Shown one piece after another: positions 20,401 through 30,763 of a stretch of 64,000 bases of DNA. The notes under the pieces were generated by a model. The model was not told the DNA's origin. It was given only the letters and a program-made list of their open reading frames with translations, and ran no database searches. The translations under genes were made by a program, and so were the position numbers. The DNA comes from an uncultured virus (IMG/VR IMGVR_UViG_2541047320_000011). Taxonomy: Duplodnaviria > Heunggongvirae > Uroviricota > Caudoviricetes. The DNA lies in IMG/VR virus record IMGVR_UViG_2541047320_000011, positions 62,001 through 126,000 of that record. One strand, 5' to 3'. The stretch's first letter is position 1; the number at the start of each line of letters is the position of its first letter.

Positions 20401-20984
20401 TAAATGTAACTAACCATGCACTAAGAAGATATATAGAGAGAATTAAAGAGTGTGAGAAAAATTGTGTAGAGCAGAATCTAAATTTAAACAAAGAACAATA
20501 TCAAAAAGATTTAAATAAGATGTTTGAACAAAGTAGATTGATTTACACAGGAAGGTTTAATGATAAATATACTGAAACAAATTTTAGGCTAGTTGACAAT
20601 ATCATACTAATAACAGATTTGAGAGATACAAAAATAATAACATTGTATAGAGTTGAATATGGAATTGATAGAGAAACTGATTTAATGATAATTGAAAATT
20701 TATTGAAAAAGTTAGACAAAACCGAAAAAGAATATATTAATATAATGGATGAAATATCATCTGAAAAGGACAAATTATTAGCTGAAAGAGAAGGATTAAC
20801 ATCTGAAATAGAAACGCTAAAAGAGACTTTAGATACTATGAATGAAAGTTTAAAAGTACTTAGTGAGTATATTAATACATTTTCCTATAAAGAAAAACAA
20901 GCTAAATCAGAAATGGAGATAATAGCAAAGAAAATAGTTTATAGCAGTATATATAGAAAAGAAATGTTAGAATGTATGAATTAA
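20397..20984 (+). CDS. Hypothetical protein (TNHALRRY.ER N-terminus, coiled-coil C-terminus)
   Basis: ORF translationally coupled to the upstream gene. Confidence 0.7.
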   Translation: MINVTNHALRRYIERIKECEKNCVEQNLNLNKEQYQKDLNKMFEQSRLIYTGRFNDKYTETNFRLVDNIILITDLRDTKIITLYRVEYGIDRETDLMIIENLLKKLDKTEKEYINIMDEISSEKDKLLAEREGLTSEIETLKETLDTMNESLKVLSEYINTFSYKEKQAKSEMEIIAKKIVYSSIYRKEMLECMN

Positions 20985-21005
20985 AAAAGTATTTAGGAGA
21001 GATTC

Positions 21006-21194
21006 ATGAAAACAATAGAGCTAAATCAAAACGAAATAAGAGCTATAGATGCTTATATGTCATCAAATCCTTGTCGTAGTGGATGTGTTTATGATGAAAT
21101 GCGAAATTCAAGAAAAGATTGTGAAGAATGCGAACTTGAAAGTGCGAGAATAAGTATATTAGAAAAACTAGGATTATTAAGTAATTCTATATAG
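21006..21194 (+). CDS. Small Cys-rich hypothetical protein
   Basis: CRSGC...CEEC. Confidence 0.6.
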   Translation: MKTIELNQNEIRAIDAYMSSNPCRSGCVYDEMRNSRKDCEECELESARISILEKLGLLSNSI

Positions 21195-21205
21195 AAAGGG
21201 ATGCT

Positions 21206-22216
21206 ATGAATAATATATTTATACCTAAAGAAATAATTATAGGATTCCAAAATAGAAATGGGACTTATACAGGTAAACTTGCTTATGTAATATATAAGGA
21301 TGAAAATGGAAAATTGAGAAAAGAACAATCTTGGAATTCTTGGAGAGATAAAAATATAGAACCTTTAATATATAAAAATACTCCAATGTCAGGATTTGTA
21401 TTAAATAAAAAAATAGGTGGTTATAATACAGGATGGAATCATAGACAAACTTATGTTAGGATTTATGATTCAAGAGGATTTGAATTTGAAATAACAGTAG
21501 AAAATTTATTATATATATTAGAAAATACAAGCTCTATAAAAGGAAAAGGATTAGAGGGAGAATTTGTATATGGATGGGATGGTAAGGATTTAATACTAAT
21601 ACCAATATCATCTCCAGATTATAAAGAAATCACCGAATTTAATAAGATATTACATAATAAACAAATTATAAAAGCAAAAGATTTAATTATTGGGGCAACA
21701 TATAGAACTAAACAAAATCAAACTTTTATTTACATTGGGAAATTTGATTATTATAGTTTGTATGGTAAAAAATGTACAGGTAAATATCATTGGTTTTATA
21801 ATGTTGAGAGGGATGATTTTGAACAATTTAGAAGTGTACTAAATAAGTTAATAAGTATTATAGATAGTGATTGTCATGAAAATTACGCTGATATATTTCA
21901 TAAAATGGAAGGAAGTTATTTTTATTCACCAATAGATGAATCCAAAAATGAATATATAGAGTATTCATTAGAAGAATTTAAAGAAAAAATGAAAGATGAT
22001 AAAACATGTTGGGGAATTGAATTTTATGCAAATAGAGAAAAAGTAAGAATATATTCTGATGGTAGAATTAAATATTTAAAAGGACGTAGCACACTCTATA
22101 CTTATGGTTATAGAGAAGAAAAATATAACAATTTAGAAGAATTATATAACAAAATAAGACCACAATATTTAAACACATATTTATTAAATGGAAGATTATA
22201 TAGAGAGGGGAAATAA
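21206..22216 (+). CDS. Phage hypothetical protein
   Basis: 336-aa ORF, TGKLAYVIYKDENGKLRKEQSWNSWRD. Confidence 0.8.
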   Translation: MNNIFIPKEIIIGFQNRNGTYTGKLAYVIYKDENGKLRKEQSWNSWRDKNIEPLIYKNTPMSGFVLNKKIGGYNTGWNHRQTYVRIYDSRGFEFEITVENLLYILENTSSIKGKGLEGEFVYGWDGKDLILIPISSPDYKEITEFNKILHNKQIIKAKDLIIGATYRTKQNQTFIYIGKFDYYSLYGKKCTGKYHWFYNVERDDFEQFRSVLNKLISIIDSDCHENYADIFHKMEGSYFYSPIDESKNEYIEYSLEEFKEKMKDDKTCWGIEFYANREKVRIYSDGRIKYLKGRSTLYTYGYREEKYNNLEELYNKIRPQYLNTYLLNGRLYREGK

Positions 22217-22219
22217 TTA

Positions 22220-22615
22220 ATGAATAGTGATAATAAAATAATAACTTTAAAAGAACAAATAAAATTAAAAAAAGAAAAGTTAGATTCAATAAAAAAATTT
22301 ACACCAAAAACTAATTGTATATTGAATTGGAATAATAAGAAAATTAATATACAAGTACTAAAAAAAGATGAATTAATATTATTAGCATCTATGTTACATT
22401 CTTATAATATGTCATCTAAAAATTTAGGCTTCAATCTTGTAATGAGTGGTTATGATGTACAAGATTGGATAGATGATATAAAAAGTAAATTAGATATATT
22501 AACTATAAATGAGGAAAGAAGTAAACTTGAAGAGATGGAAATAAAATTAATGGAATTATTATCTAATGAAAAGAAGGTTGAATTAGAGATAAATAAAATA
22601 GAGTCTATGTTATAA
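22220..22615 (+). CDS. Hypothetical protein
   Basis: ORF coupled to the upstream gene. Confidence 0.7.
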   Translation: MNSDNKIITLKEQIKLKKEKLDSIKKFTPKTNCILNWNNKKINIQVLKKDELILLASMLHSYNMSSKNLGFNLVMSGYDVQDWIDDIKSKLDILTINEERSKLEEMEIKLMELLSNEKKVELEINKIESML

Positions 22616-22634
22616 ATATAAAAGGAGTGATACT

Positions 22635-22952
22635 GTGAGGTTTTGGTGCGAGAATTGTAATAAATACTTCAATGTAGAAGAAACATTACAAGAATACTAT
22701 TATTTCTTAAATGAAGATGTAATAGTATGTCCTAGTTGCAAAAGAGATTTAATACCTATAGCTAGTAAAACAGAATTATCATTAGGTTCTGATAGTGATA
22801 CAAACCAATTAGCTTATGTTGAATATGATTGTGGTGATTATAGTTTACTTAGAAAGGTAAATGCAGATATTGAAGATGTAGTAAAACCCATAATACATTA
22901 CATAAAAAGTTTAAATAAAAATAGTTTAGATTTAAATGGGATTACAGAATAG
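22635..22952 (+). CDS. Zn-ribbon protein with its C-terminus interrupted by the IS; paralog of 27304-27660
   Basis: CENC...CPSC; removing 22946-25033 restores ...NGITITMNGNI* ending at 25058. Confidence 0.75.
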   Translation: MRFWCENCNKYFNVEETLQEYYYFLNEDVIVCPSCKRDLIPIASKTELSLGSDSDTNQLAYVEYDCGDYSLLRKVNADIEDVVKPIIHYIKSLNKNSLDLNGITE

Positions 22953-23036
22953 TGCGGAAAGCCCACTCCTTTAGGTGTGGGATGGATAGCACAAACAGTG
23001 TATAAAAAGTATTGACACATACACGTATAATGTTAA

Positions 23037-23387
23037 TACTTTGTATTCTGCCCTAGATATAAAAGAAAAATATTTAATATAGAAGGTTTAGAAGATAGAT
23101 TTAAAACATTAGTTAAAAATAAGTGTAAGGAAATGGATATCGAAATTGTTGCAATAGAATGCGATAAAGACCATACACATATGTTTTTAAATAGTCTTCC
23201 GACTCTAAATCCTTCTGATATAATGCAAAATATAAAAGGCTATACAAGTAAAATATTAAGAGAAGAATTTATTGAATTATCAAAAATGCCTAGTTTATGG
23301 ACTAGAAGCTATTTTGTATCTACAGCAGGAAACGTATGTAGTGAAACTATTAAAAAATATGTGAAAAACCAGAAAACAAGATACTAG
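23037..23387 (+). pseudogene. tnpA: IS200-type Y1 transposase TnpA, 5'-truncated
   Basis: FVFCPRYKRKIF, DHTHMF (HUH), LWTRSYFVST, YVKNQ; in-frame TAA at 23034 and no SD/start for the N-terminal part. Confidence 0.8.
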
Positions 23388-23395
23388 AAAGTGAG

Positions 23396-24844
23396 GTGAA
23401 CACTATGTCAAATTATATATTAACATTGCAATTAAAAACAGAAAAGTTTCAAGAAGACATTATATGTAATGCTTTTGATAAGTATAGAAAAGTATATAAT
23501 TCATGTTTATCAGAGCTATTTAAAAGATATAACCACATGATAGAATCTAAAGAACACCAAGCAAATTGTAAATATAAGGGTAAAGATAGAAATAAAATAT
23601 TTAGTGAAATTAATAAGAAGTATAATTTAACAGAGTATTCACTTCATAAGTTTGTTAAATTTATTGGTAAATATTATAAACTACATTCTGCTATAACTCA
23701 GAAGATAGCTACAAGATGTTTTAATGCTTTTAATAAGTATATCTATCATCAAGCTAAACGAGTTAATTATATTAGATATAATGAATTAACATCAATAGAA
23801 GGGAAACAAAATTCAACTGGTATTAGTTATAAAGATGGTATTATTAAATTTAATAAGATGACTATTCCAGTAATAATAAAGAATAATGACAATTATGCTC
23901 AAAGAGCGATACAAGATAAAATAAAATATTGTAGAATACTTAAAAAAGAAATTAAGGGTAAAATTAAATGGTATGTACAATTAGTCTTAGAAGGAATTCC
24001 ACCTAAAAAAACAACCAATCAAGGAAAAATAAAAGGACAAATTGGTTTAGGTAATGTAGGTATAGATATTGGAACTCAAACTATAGCTATATCTAGTAAA
24101 TGTGATGTTAAGTTATTGGAGTTAGCTCCTAATGTTAATAATATAGATAGGCAAATAAAGTTAATTCAACGTAAAATGGATAGAAGTAAACGTGCAACTA
24201 ATCTTAATAAATTCAATGCTAATGGTACTATAAAACAAGGAAATAGAGATAAGTGGATATTTAGTAATCACTATCTTAAATTAAAAAGACTAAGAAAAGA
24301 GTTATATAGAAAACAAGCTGAAATAAGAAAACAAGACCACTATATATTAATTAACAAATTACTAAATTTAGGCAATAAGTTTTATGTTGAAACGATGAGT
24401 TATAAAAGACTTCAAACTAGAGTCAAGGATACTACTATTAATGAAAAAACTGGTAGAATTAATAAAAAGAAACGTTTTGGAAAATCATTAGCAAATAAAG
24501 CACCATCAATGTTTTTGACTATGTTAGACAATAAGTTAAAATATAATAATGAAAGATTATATAAGATAGATACTGCTAAATGTAGAGCCAGTCAATATAA
24601 TCACTTTTCAGATGAGTACAATAAGAAGGAATTAAAAGATAGATGGAATAATGGTATGGACATTCAAAGAGATTGCTATTCTGCATTTTTAATAATGAAT
24701 GTTAATGAAGATTTAAAATCAATCAACAGAGAATTGTGTGTTAAAACATATGATAACTTTAAAATATTACATGATAAAGAGATAAATAGATTAAAAAAAT
24801 TAAAATTAAATGGTTATAAATTAATATCTAGTATGGGGATATAA
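23396..24844 (+). CDS. tnpB: RNA-guided endonuclease TnpB
   Basis: WYVQLVLEG, GIDIG (D), FYVETM (E), QRDCYSA (D); downstream of tnpA. Confidence 0.9.
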   Translation: MNTMSNYILTLQLKTEKFQEDIICNAFDKYRKVYNSCLSELFKRYNHMIESKEHQANCKYKGKDRNKIFSEINKKYNLTEYSLHKFVKFIGKYYKLHSAITQKIATRCFNAFNKYIYHQAKRVNYIRYNELTSIEGKQNSTGISYKDGIIKFNKMTIPVIIKNNDNYAQRAIQDKIKYCRILKKEIKGKIKWYVQLVLEGIPPKKTTNQGKIKGQIGLGNVGIDIGTQTIAISSKCDVKLLELAPNVNNIDRQIKLIQRKMDRSKRATNLNKFNANGTIKQGNRDKWIFSNHYLKLKRLRKELYRKQAEIRKQDHYILINKLLNLGNKFYVETMSYKRLQTRVKDTTINEKTGRINKKKRFGKSLANKAPSMFLTMLDNKLKYNNERLYKIDTAKCRASQYNHFSDEYNKKELKDRWNNGMDIQRDCYSAFLIMNVNEDLKSINRELCVKTYDNFKILHDKEINRLKKLKLNGYKLISSMGI

Positions 24845-25033
24845 AAACTATATAGGTTGAGAAACGAGCCTAATATTAATGTTAATGGTGTCAACAGATA
24901 CTTTGTTAATAAAAGTCTTAGGGAATATGATTAGTGATAATATGTTGTAGGTTATGATTTATTATAACTGAGAGTATTGTAGAAATTCATGTAGTACCTA
25001 AGAACCCCACGCCTTTAGGCGTAGGAGTTTCAG
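24845..25033 (+). ncRNA. Putative TnpB omegaRNA (reRNA) scaffold
   Basis: Non-coding region between tnpB and the IS right end; assigned by position, 5' boundary unknown. Confidence 0.5.
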
Positions 25034-25092
25034 AATAACAATGAATGGTAATATATAAGAATAAAAAGAAGGATATTATAAGAGATGAGTCG

Positions 25093-25269
25093 ATGTATGA
25101 TTATGGGATGTCTTTGTCATCTATTATGAAGGTTATCTTAAATCATCAAGAAGATATAGAAAAGTTAAAAGAAGAGGAGGTAGCAGAATTTATAAAAAAT
25201 AAATTAGAAAATGAGCATGATTGTGATGAATTAAAAATAATAAGTGAGGTATTTAATGAAATATATTAA
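25093..25269 (+). CDS. Hypothetical protein
   Basis: ORF; start uncertain. Confidence 0.5.
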   Translation: MYDYGMSLSSIMKVILNHQEDIEKLKEEEVAEFIKNKLENEHDCDELKIISEVFNEIY

Positions 25270-25385
25270 ACATGTAGATAATGGAGTAATGAGAGCAATA
25301 GGTATTGATAATTATAAACCTTTATTAAACATCATAAAAGAAAAAGTGAATTTAGAATCTAATTAAAACAGTTTTAATTAGCGAG

Positions 25386-25862
25386 GTGATACATATGGGA
25401 TTAGATTTAGGTTTTTATTCAGTAAAAACAAAAGTTACAGATTTAGATATTTATTTAAATAAAACAAGAGGTGAGAAATATAAGGAATTGAATAATGATG
25501 AAGAAGAGTTTTATAAGTTTGAAGAATTATTAGATATTGATATATCTTTAGAAGATTGGTCAGTTATTCGTATGATATATAAAGCCAAATGGGAAAAAGG
25601 TTATGAAAGTTATGAAGATGAAGCCATACTTATTACAAAGGAAGATTTGGAAGATTATATAATTCCTTTTCTTAAACAAAAAGATATAAATTCTAAGATA
25701 TACAATAAGGATAAAGAGTATTATTATAAAAATGATAAAAAAGTAACAGTTGATGATAGGTATACACAGGAGTTTTGGGATTTAGTATTAAAAGAATTTC
25801 AAAAAATGTTAAACATAATTGATTTTGAAAAACATAGTTTAATTATTATGTATTGGTATTAA
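25386..25862 (+). CDS. Hypothetical protein
   Basis: MGLD N-terminus after GAGGTG SD. Confidence 0.7.
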   Translation: MIHMGLDLGFYSVKTKVTDLDIYLNKTRGEKYKELNNDEEEFYKFEELLDIDISLEDWSVIRMIYKAKWEKGYESYEDEAILITKEDLEDYIIPFLKQKDINSKIYNKDKEYYYKNDKKVTVDDRYTQEFWDLVLKEFQKMLNIIDFEKHSLIIMYWY

Positions 25863-25897
25863 GATAATAATTTTAATTTATTTGGAGGTTTATAATA

Positions 25898-26278
25898 ATG
25901 AAAAAAATGTACATAGCAATTAATTCAGACTTAAATATGAGTCCAGGCAAAGTTGGAGCACAAGTTGCACATGCAGTTTATGATTATTTGTATAACAAAA
26001 TTTTAGACACTGTTTCTTGCTCTTATGAAACAGAAATAATAGCACATGAATTAATAGATTTAAAATGTGATTTAACGTCATTTAAGAATAATGGGGATAC
26101 AATATGTATATTAAAAGCTAAAGAGGCACAATTATTAAAATTTAAAGAAAAAGGTTATTTAACTATAGTGGATAGAGGATTAACAGAAATTCCTAAAAAT
26201 AGCATAACATGTGTTAACTTAGGAATATTTAATGAGGATGAAATACCATCTACAATTAAAAGATTGAGATTATATTAA
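25898..26278 (+). CDS. Peptidyl-tRNA hydrolase type 2 (PTH2-like)
   Basis: DLNMSPGKVGAQVAHA, IVDRGLTEIP, LRLY. Confidence 0.88.
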   Translation: MKKMYIAINSDLNMSPGKVGAQVAHAVYDYLYNKILDTVSCSYETEIIAHELIDLKCDLTSFKNNGDTICILKAKEAQLLKFKEKGYLTIVDRGLTEIPKNSITCVNLGIFNEDEIPSTIKRLRLY

Positions 26279-26475
26279 GGAGAAAGACAATAAATGTATT
26301 CTAAAGGTGATGTAGTAAAAGTATGGTGTTATCAATGTGAAAGGATAGAATTTCAAGAATTTGTAGGATATTTTAATTGTTATTTTGATAATTATAAATT
26401 AAAGAAACGATGGAAATGCTCTAAGTGTGGTGTTATCAATAATTTTTAAGAATTTAATTAATGGAGGAGTGAGTT

Positions 26476-27084
26476 ATGAAAATTACAGAAGCAATAGAAA
26501 AGTATGAAAGAATAAAGAAAAATGATTGGGAAAATGGGAAGTATTTATTAGTATGTGAAGATGCTTTTACACTTGTTGAAAATAATGAATTTTTAGTAGG
26601 TGTTAATATTCCAAAAGAATGGTTAGTTAATAATAATTGGGAAGAGTATACTGGCAAATTTAAAACTAATTTTGAAAGAAGCAAAATGTATTTTACTATA
26701 CAAAGAGATGGAAAGGTTCATGAATATAGAGATTGTAAATGTCCAGCAGAAGATATTTTCTTTAAGAATTTTAACTATTTTCCAAATAGAGAATTAGCAG
26801 AATATATTAATAAAAAGCAATTATTAGAAAGACAACTGATGGTTTTTAGTTATTTAAATGGTGCAGATAAAATTAATTGGAATGATGATAGTGAAAAGTA
26901 TAGTGTAGATTTTTATATATCTTCTATAACTGATTCTTTTGATATAGATAGAATTTATCCTATTGTATGTAAATCTTTAAATGAAATATGTTTTGTAACA
27001 AAGGAAGTACGAGATAAAGCAGTAGAGTTATATAAAAAAGAGATTGAAGAAGTATTAAGAATGTCATTCAAGTTTGGGTTTTAA
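26476..27084 (+). CDS. Hypothetical protein
   Basis: ORF with GGAGG SD. Confidence 0.7.
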   Translation: MKITEAIEKYERIKKNDWENGKYLLVCEDAFTLVENNEFLVGVNIPKEWLVNNNWEEYTGKFKTNFERSKMYFTIQRDGKVHEYRDCKCPAEDIFFKNFNYFPNRELAEYINKKQLLERQLMVFSYLNGADKINWNDDSEKYSVDFYISSITDSFDIDRIYPIVCKSLNEICFVTKEVRDKAVELYKKEIEEVLRMSFKFGF

Positions 27085-27118
27085 ATTATATATGAATTAA
27101 GTAAAGGAAGTGTTATTA

Positions 27119-27291
27119 ATGATTATTGATGAACAAAGGTATCATGATTTGCTAGAAAAAATATAGAACTGAGTACAAAAGTTGATGAATTACATGAGGA
27201 TATAAATATTTTAAAAGAAGAGAATGCTGAGTATGCTAAAGAATTAGAAGCTACTTTAGAAAAATTAAATCAACTAAGTTGTAAAAGTTAA
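27119..27291 (+). pseudogene. Frameshifted coiled-coil gene, paralog of 35901-36122
   Basis: MIIDEQRYHDLLEK, then -1 in the A6 run 27156-27161; continues NIELSTKVDEL in another frame. Confidence 0.65.
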
Positions 27292-27303
27292 AGAGGTGAT
27301 GTT

Positions 27304-27660
27304 ATGAAATTTTTATGTGAAGGATGCAATATGATTTATGATATTGATGAGTTGTCAAAAAAGTATAATTATTATTTAAATTATACCATTTTGTTATGTC
27401 CAAATGAAGATTGTGATTATGACAAATTGACTCCAATATATGAAGATACTAAAATATCTTTAGCTACTGACGAAAATGATATGTGTAATTTAATTTATGT
27501 TGAATATATAGACAATGAAAAAAATGATAGTTGTGATATAGTTAGGGTTCAGCATGAAGATATTGAAAATATAGTAGAGCCTATAGTTTCTTACATGAAT
27601 AGTTTAAACACACATAGATTGGATTTAAATGGTATTACAGTAATAATGGAAGGTGAATAA
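27304..27660 (+). CDS. Zn-ribbon hypothetical protein, paralog of 22635
   Basis: MKFLCEGC...IVEPIVSYMNSLNTHRLDLNGITVIM. Confidence 0.75.
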   Translation: MKFLCEGCNMIYDIDELSKKYNYYLNYTILLCPNEDCDYDKLTPIYEDTKISLATDENDMCNLIYVEYIDNEKNDSCDIVRVQHEDIENIVEPIVSYMNSLNTHRLDLNGITVIMEGE

Positions 27661-28141
27661 AATGAAATTAAACATATTTGATATGATAATAAATAAAGAT
27701 ATATTTAAGTACAATAAAGAAAATATCTATGATACATTGATAAATAGTTTTGCTAATGAAATTCACGAGGATGATATTAAGATAGAATACTCAATAATAA
27801 TTTTTACTATAAACAAGCAATTTATCTATGAAGAATTAATAAAAGCAACTATGAAAAATAAATATATTACGATAAAGCATATAAACAGAATAGCACATTA
27901 TATAGAAATAGAGTTAAAATGTTTTAATACAGATAGATTAATAAAAGTTTTAATATTTGATAGAGGTATAAAAAGTCGTGAGTTAAGAGGTTACAGTTGT
28001 GAATGTGTAATAGTAGATGTAAATACATCAAACGAAATTATCATAAATTCCATTACAGAGCAAATAGAACCAGTTTTATTTTCTATGAATGTATATAAAA
28101 AAGAGTATAAGCCTTTTCATGGAGTCTTACTATTTAAATAA
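27653..28141 (+). CDS. Hypothetical protein
   Basis: ORF overlapping the upstream stop. Confidence 0.65.
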   Translation: MNKMKLNIFDMIINKDIFKYNKENIYDTLINSFANEIHEDDIKIEYSIIIFTINKQFIYEELIKATMKNKYITIKHINRIAHYIEIELKCFNTDRLIKVLIFDRGIKSRELRGYSCECVIVDVNTSNEIIINSITEQIEPVLFSMNVYKKEYKPFHGVLLFK

Positions 28142-28164
28142 AATTAAAAAGGAGAAAAAAGGAT

Positions 28165-29064
28165 ATGATAAAATTAATAACACATAATGATTTAGATGGT
28201 GTAAGTTGCTGTATTATAGCAAAGTATATTTTACGAGAACAAATAGATGTTAACTATTGTAATTATAAAAATATAAATGATGTAGTATTAGATACATTAA
28301 AAAATCACGATAAATATGAACAAATATTAATAACAGATATATCAGTAAATGAAGAAGTTGCAAAGAAGTTAGATAAGATTAAAAATAAAGTTCAATTACT
28401 TGACCATCATTCAACTGCACTATTTTTAAATGATTATGAATGGGCTAATGTAGAAATAGAGTGTAATAAAGGTAAAACATGTGGGACTCAAATGTTGTTT
28501 GATTACCTACAAAGATATTGTAGTGATATCTCAGAACCTACATTAAAATATTTTATAGAACTTGTTAGAAGGTATGATACATGGGAATGGAAAGATAAAT
28601 ATAATGATTTAGATGCCAAATATTTAAATGATTTAATGTATATTATGGGAATAGAGGATTTTATAATAGATATGTTAACCAAAATAGATAATGATGAGAT
28701 GTGTCTATTTGATAAATTGAGTTTAAAATTATTAGAAATAAAACAAAAAGAAATAGATAGATATGTAGAGAAAAAAGATGAAAATATGATGGTTAAAGAA
28801 ATTCTAGGATATAATGCAGGAATTGTATTTGCAGAAAACCATATAAGCGAATTAGGAAATAAATTAAGTGAGTTACATCCAGAACTTGATTTTATAGTTA
28901 TAATTAATCGAGAAATCATTTCATATAGAACCATAAAAGATAATATAAATTTAAGTGAAATTGCTAAAGTATTTGGAGGTGGAGGACATCCTAAAACATC
29001 AGGAAGTCAAATTGATGAGTGTTGTATAGATAATTATATAAAAAATATATTTAAGATAAAATAA
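28165..29064 (+). CDS. DHH-family phosphoesterase (NrnB-like)
   Basis: THNDLDG, ITDIS, LDHH, GGGGH. Confidence 0.9.
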   Translation: MIKLITHNDLDGVSCCIIAKYILREQIDVNYCNYKNINDVVLDTLKNHDKYEQILITDISVNEEVAKKLDKIKNKVQLLDHHSTALFLNDYEWANVEIECNKGKTCGTQMLFDYLQRYCSDISEPTLKYFIELVRRYDTWEWKDKYNDLDAKYLNDLMYIMGIEDFIIDMLTKIDNDEMCLFDKLSLKLLEIKQKEIDRYVEKKDENMMVKEILGYNAGIVFAENHISELGNKLSELHPELDFIVIINREIISYRTIKDNINLSEIAKVFGGGGHPKTSGSQIDECCIDNYIKNIFKIK

Positions 29065-29087
29065 AAAATCTAAAAGGATATGATTAT

Positions 29088-29276
29088 ATGGATGAACAAG
29101 ATACATATTTAAAATTAGGTGAACAAATGATATTTGATGGAGTTCTTAATGGAATATTAGATATATCAGAGAGGTATCCTGTTATAGGAATACAAATGCT
29201 AAAATTTTGGAATGGTGAAATATCATGGGAAGAACAAATAGATATGATAATTGATGAGATTCAAAAAAAGACTTAG
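29088..29276 (+). CDS. Hypothetical protein
   Basis: ORF with SD. Confidence 0.55.
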   Translation: MDEQDTYLKLGEQMIFDGVLNGILDISERYPVIGIQMLKFWNGEISWEEQIDMIIDEIQKKT

Positions 29277-29316
29277 AGAGTATATAAATAAAATCTTAAT
29301 TTTATAAGAAAGGTAA

Positions 29317-29733
29317 TTGAATATGTGTAAGTTTTGTGAAAGTATAATTGATAATACAAAAAATATACTTTTAACCTCAAGAAGTAGATTATTAGAAGAC
29401 AATACATGTGAAATTATAGCAGGAGATAATTGTGATAATTGCGATGATGGATGTTATGAATATTTCAAACTAAACGGATATAAAAGTAGAGGAAATATAT
29501 ATATTAATATTGACTACTACAAGAATATTAGAAAAGTAATAATTGCTCCATGTTCAGAATCATTACATATAAACTATTGCCCATATTGTGGCAAACAAAT
29601 ATCTAAAGATATAAAAGATTTTAATAATATTCCTGAACACATTGTAGATATTAGATATAAAAATGGTGATGTATATGATTATGATATGGAAAAATCTGTA
29701 CAAGAAGTCATGGATAATACAAGCGATAATTAA
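29317..29733 (+). CDS. Zn-binding hypothetical protein
   Basis: MCKFC...INYCPYCG; flanked by TAAAA-N6-TTTTA sites at 29289 and 29735. Confidence 0.7.
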   Translation: MNMCKFCESIIDNTKNILLTSRSRLLEDNTCEIIAGDNCDNCDDGCYEYFKLNGYKSRGNIYINIDYYKNIRKVIIAPCSESLHINYCPYCGKQISKDIKDFNNIPEHIVDIRYKNGDVYDYDMEKSVQEVMDNTSDN

Positions 29734-29771
29734 TTAAAATGATACTTTTAATGTAAAGGAGATTGTAAATT

Positions 29772-30092
29772 ATGAAAGAATTTAAAGAATATCAAAAACA
29801 GGCTGAAAGAACTAGAAATTTTAAAAGTACTGAATTAGTGAATTACACATTAGGGTTAGTATGTGAAGCTGGAAAATGTGGTGATATTATAAAAAAATAT
29901 TTATATCATGGGTATAAGCCTGATAAAGATGAAATAAAAAAGGAATTAGGAGATACACTTTGGTATATGGCTAATTTGTGTAATGTAATAGGTATAGAAT
30001 TAGAAGATGTTGCAAATTCAAATATAGAAAAACTTTTAAAAAGATATCCTGATGGTTTTTCTATATTAGATAGTTTAAATAGAGAAGACTAG
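29772..30092 (+). CDS. MazG-like nucleotide pyrophosphohydrolase
   Basis: EYQKQA.RT, LGLVCEAG, KKELGDTLWY, NIEKLLKRYPDGF. Confidence 0.88.
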   Translation: MKEFKEYQKQAERTRNFKSTELVNYTLGLVCEAGKCGDIIKKYLYHGYKPDKDEIKKELGDTLWYMANLCNVIGIELEDVANSNIEKLLKRYPDGFSILDSLNRED

Positions 30093-30127
30093 TTAAAAGC
30101 ATCATTTAATAATAGGAGGTAAATAAA

Positions 30128-30592
30128 ATGATTGTAATTTATAAAAATTCAAATGGAGATACAAGAACAGCAAAAAAAGATGTAAGTTTTCAAGAGTTTC
30201 AAGAAGCAAATGATATGCATATACAGGATGTTAAAAATGTTATGAATGAATTAGCTTTGAAATTAATTGTCGCTGGAGCTACACATGATTATACTAAAAA
30301 ATCTGATGAAAAATTATTTTACAAAAACTTTCTATCAACTATAAATAATAATACAGATTTTGTTAATGATGAATGGTATCAATTACATATAAGAAATGAA
30401 AGACATCATTTGTTATCAAGATGTCCAGAAGATGTTAATTTAATAGATATTTTAGAAATGATAACAGATTGTGTATGTGCTGGTATGGCTAGAAGTGATA
30501 ATATGAGACCAATTGAAATAGATAATGATATTTTAAATAGAGCATTAGTAAATACTACTGAAATGATTAAAAATATGATAACTGTAAAATAA
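30128..30592 (+). CDS. HD-like phosphohydrolase domain protein
   Basis: H...HDYTK...H...ERHH...DILEMITD. Confidence 0.55.
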   Translation: MIVIYKNSNGDTRTAKKDVSFQEFQEANDMHIQDVKNVMNELALKLIVAGATHDYTKKSDEKLFYKNFLSTINNNTDFVNDEWYQLHIRNERHHLLSRCPEDVNLIDILEMITDCVCAGMARSDNMRPIEIDNDILNRALVNTTEMIKNMITVK

Positions 30593-30763
30593 AAATAATA
30601 GGTGAGGAGATATTTAAAATGAATAAAGAAATTAAAAACTATATAACAGCAGTAAATTACTTACTTGATAACTTAGAATATATGATGGAGGATGACGAAT
30701 TTGATAATGAAAGGCTACAGAAAAGAATTGATGTAATTAGAAAGTTTGAGGGAGGGTTATAAG

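Larger units (their letters stand above)
22946..25033 (+). mobile_element. IS200/IS605-family element (tnpA-tnpB)
   Basis: Target TTAC 22942-22945; left guide AAAG plus hairpin 22962-22981; right guide GAAC plus hairpin 25006-25025; ends in TCAG. Confidence 0.92.

Noticed and set aside
22945..25037. CAGAATA at both IS ends as a target-site duplication
   Set aside because: IS200/IS605 elements do not duplicate targets; guide pairing and the restored reading frame place the junctions at 22946 and 25033
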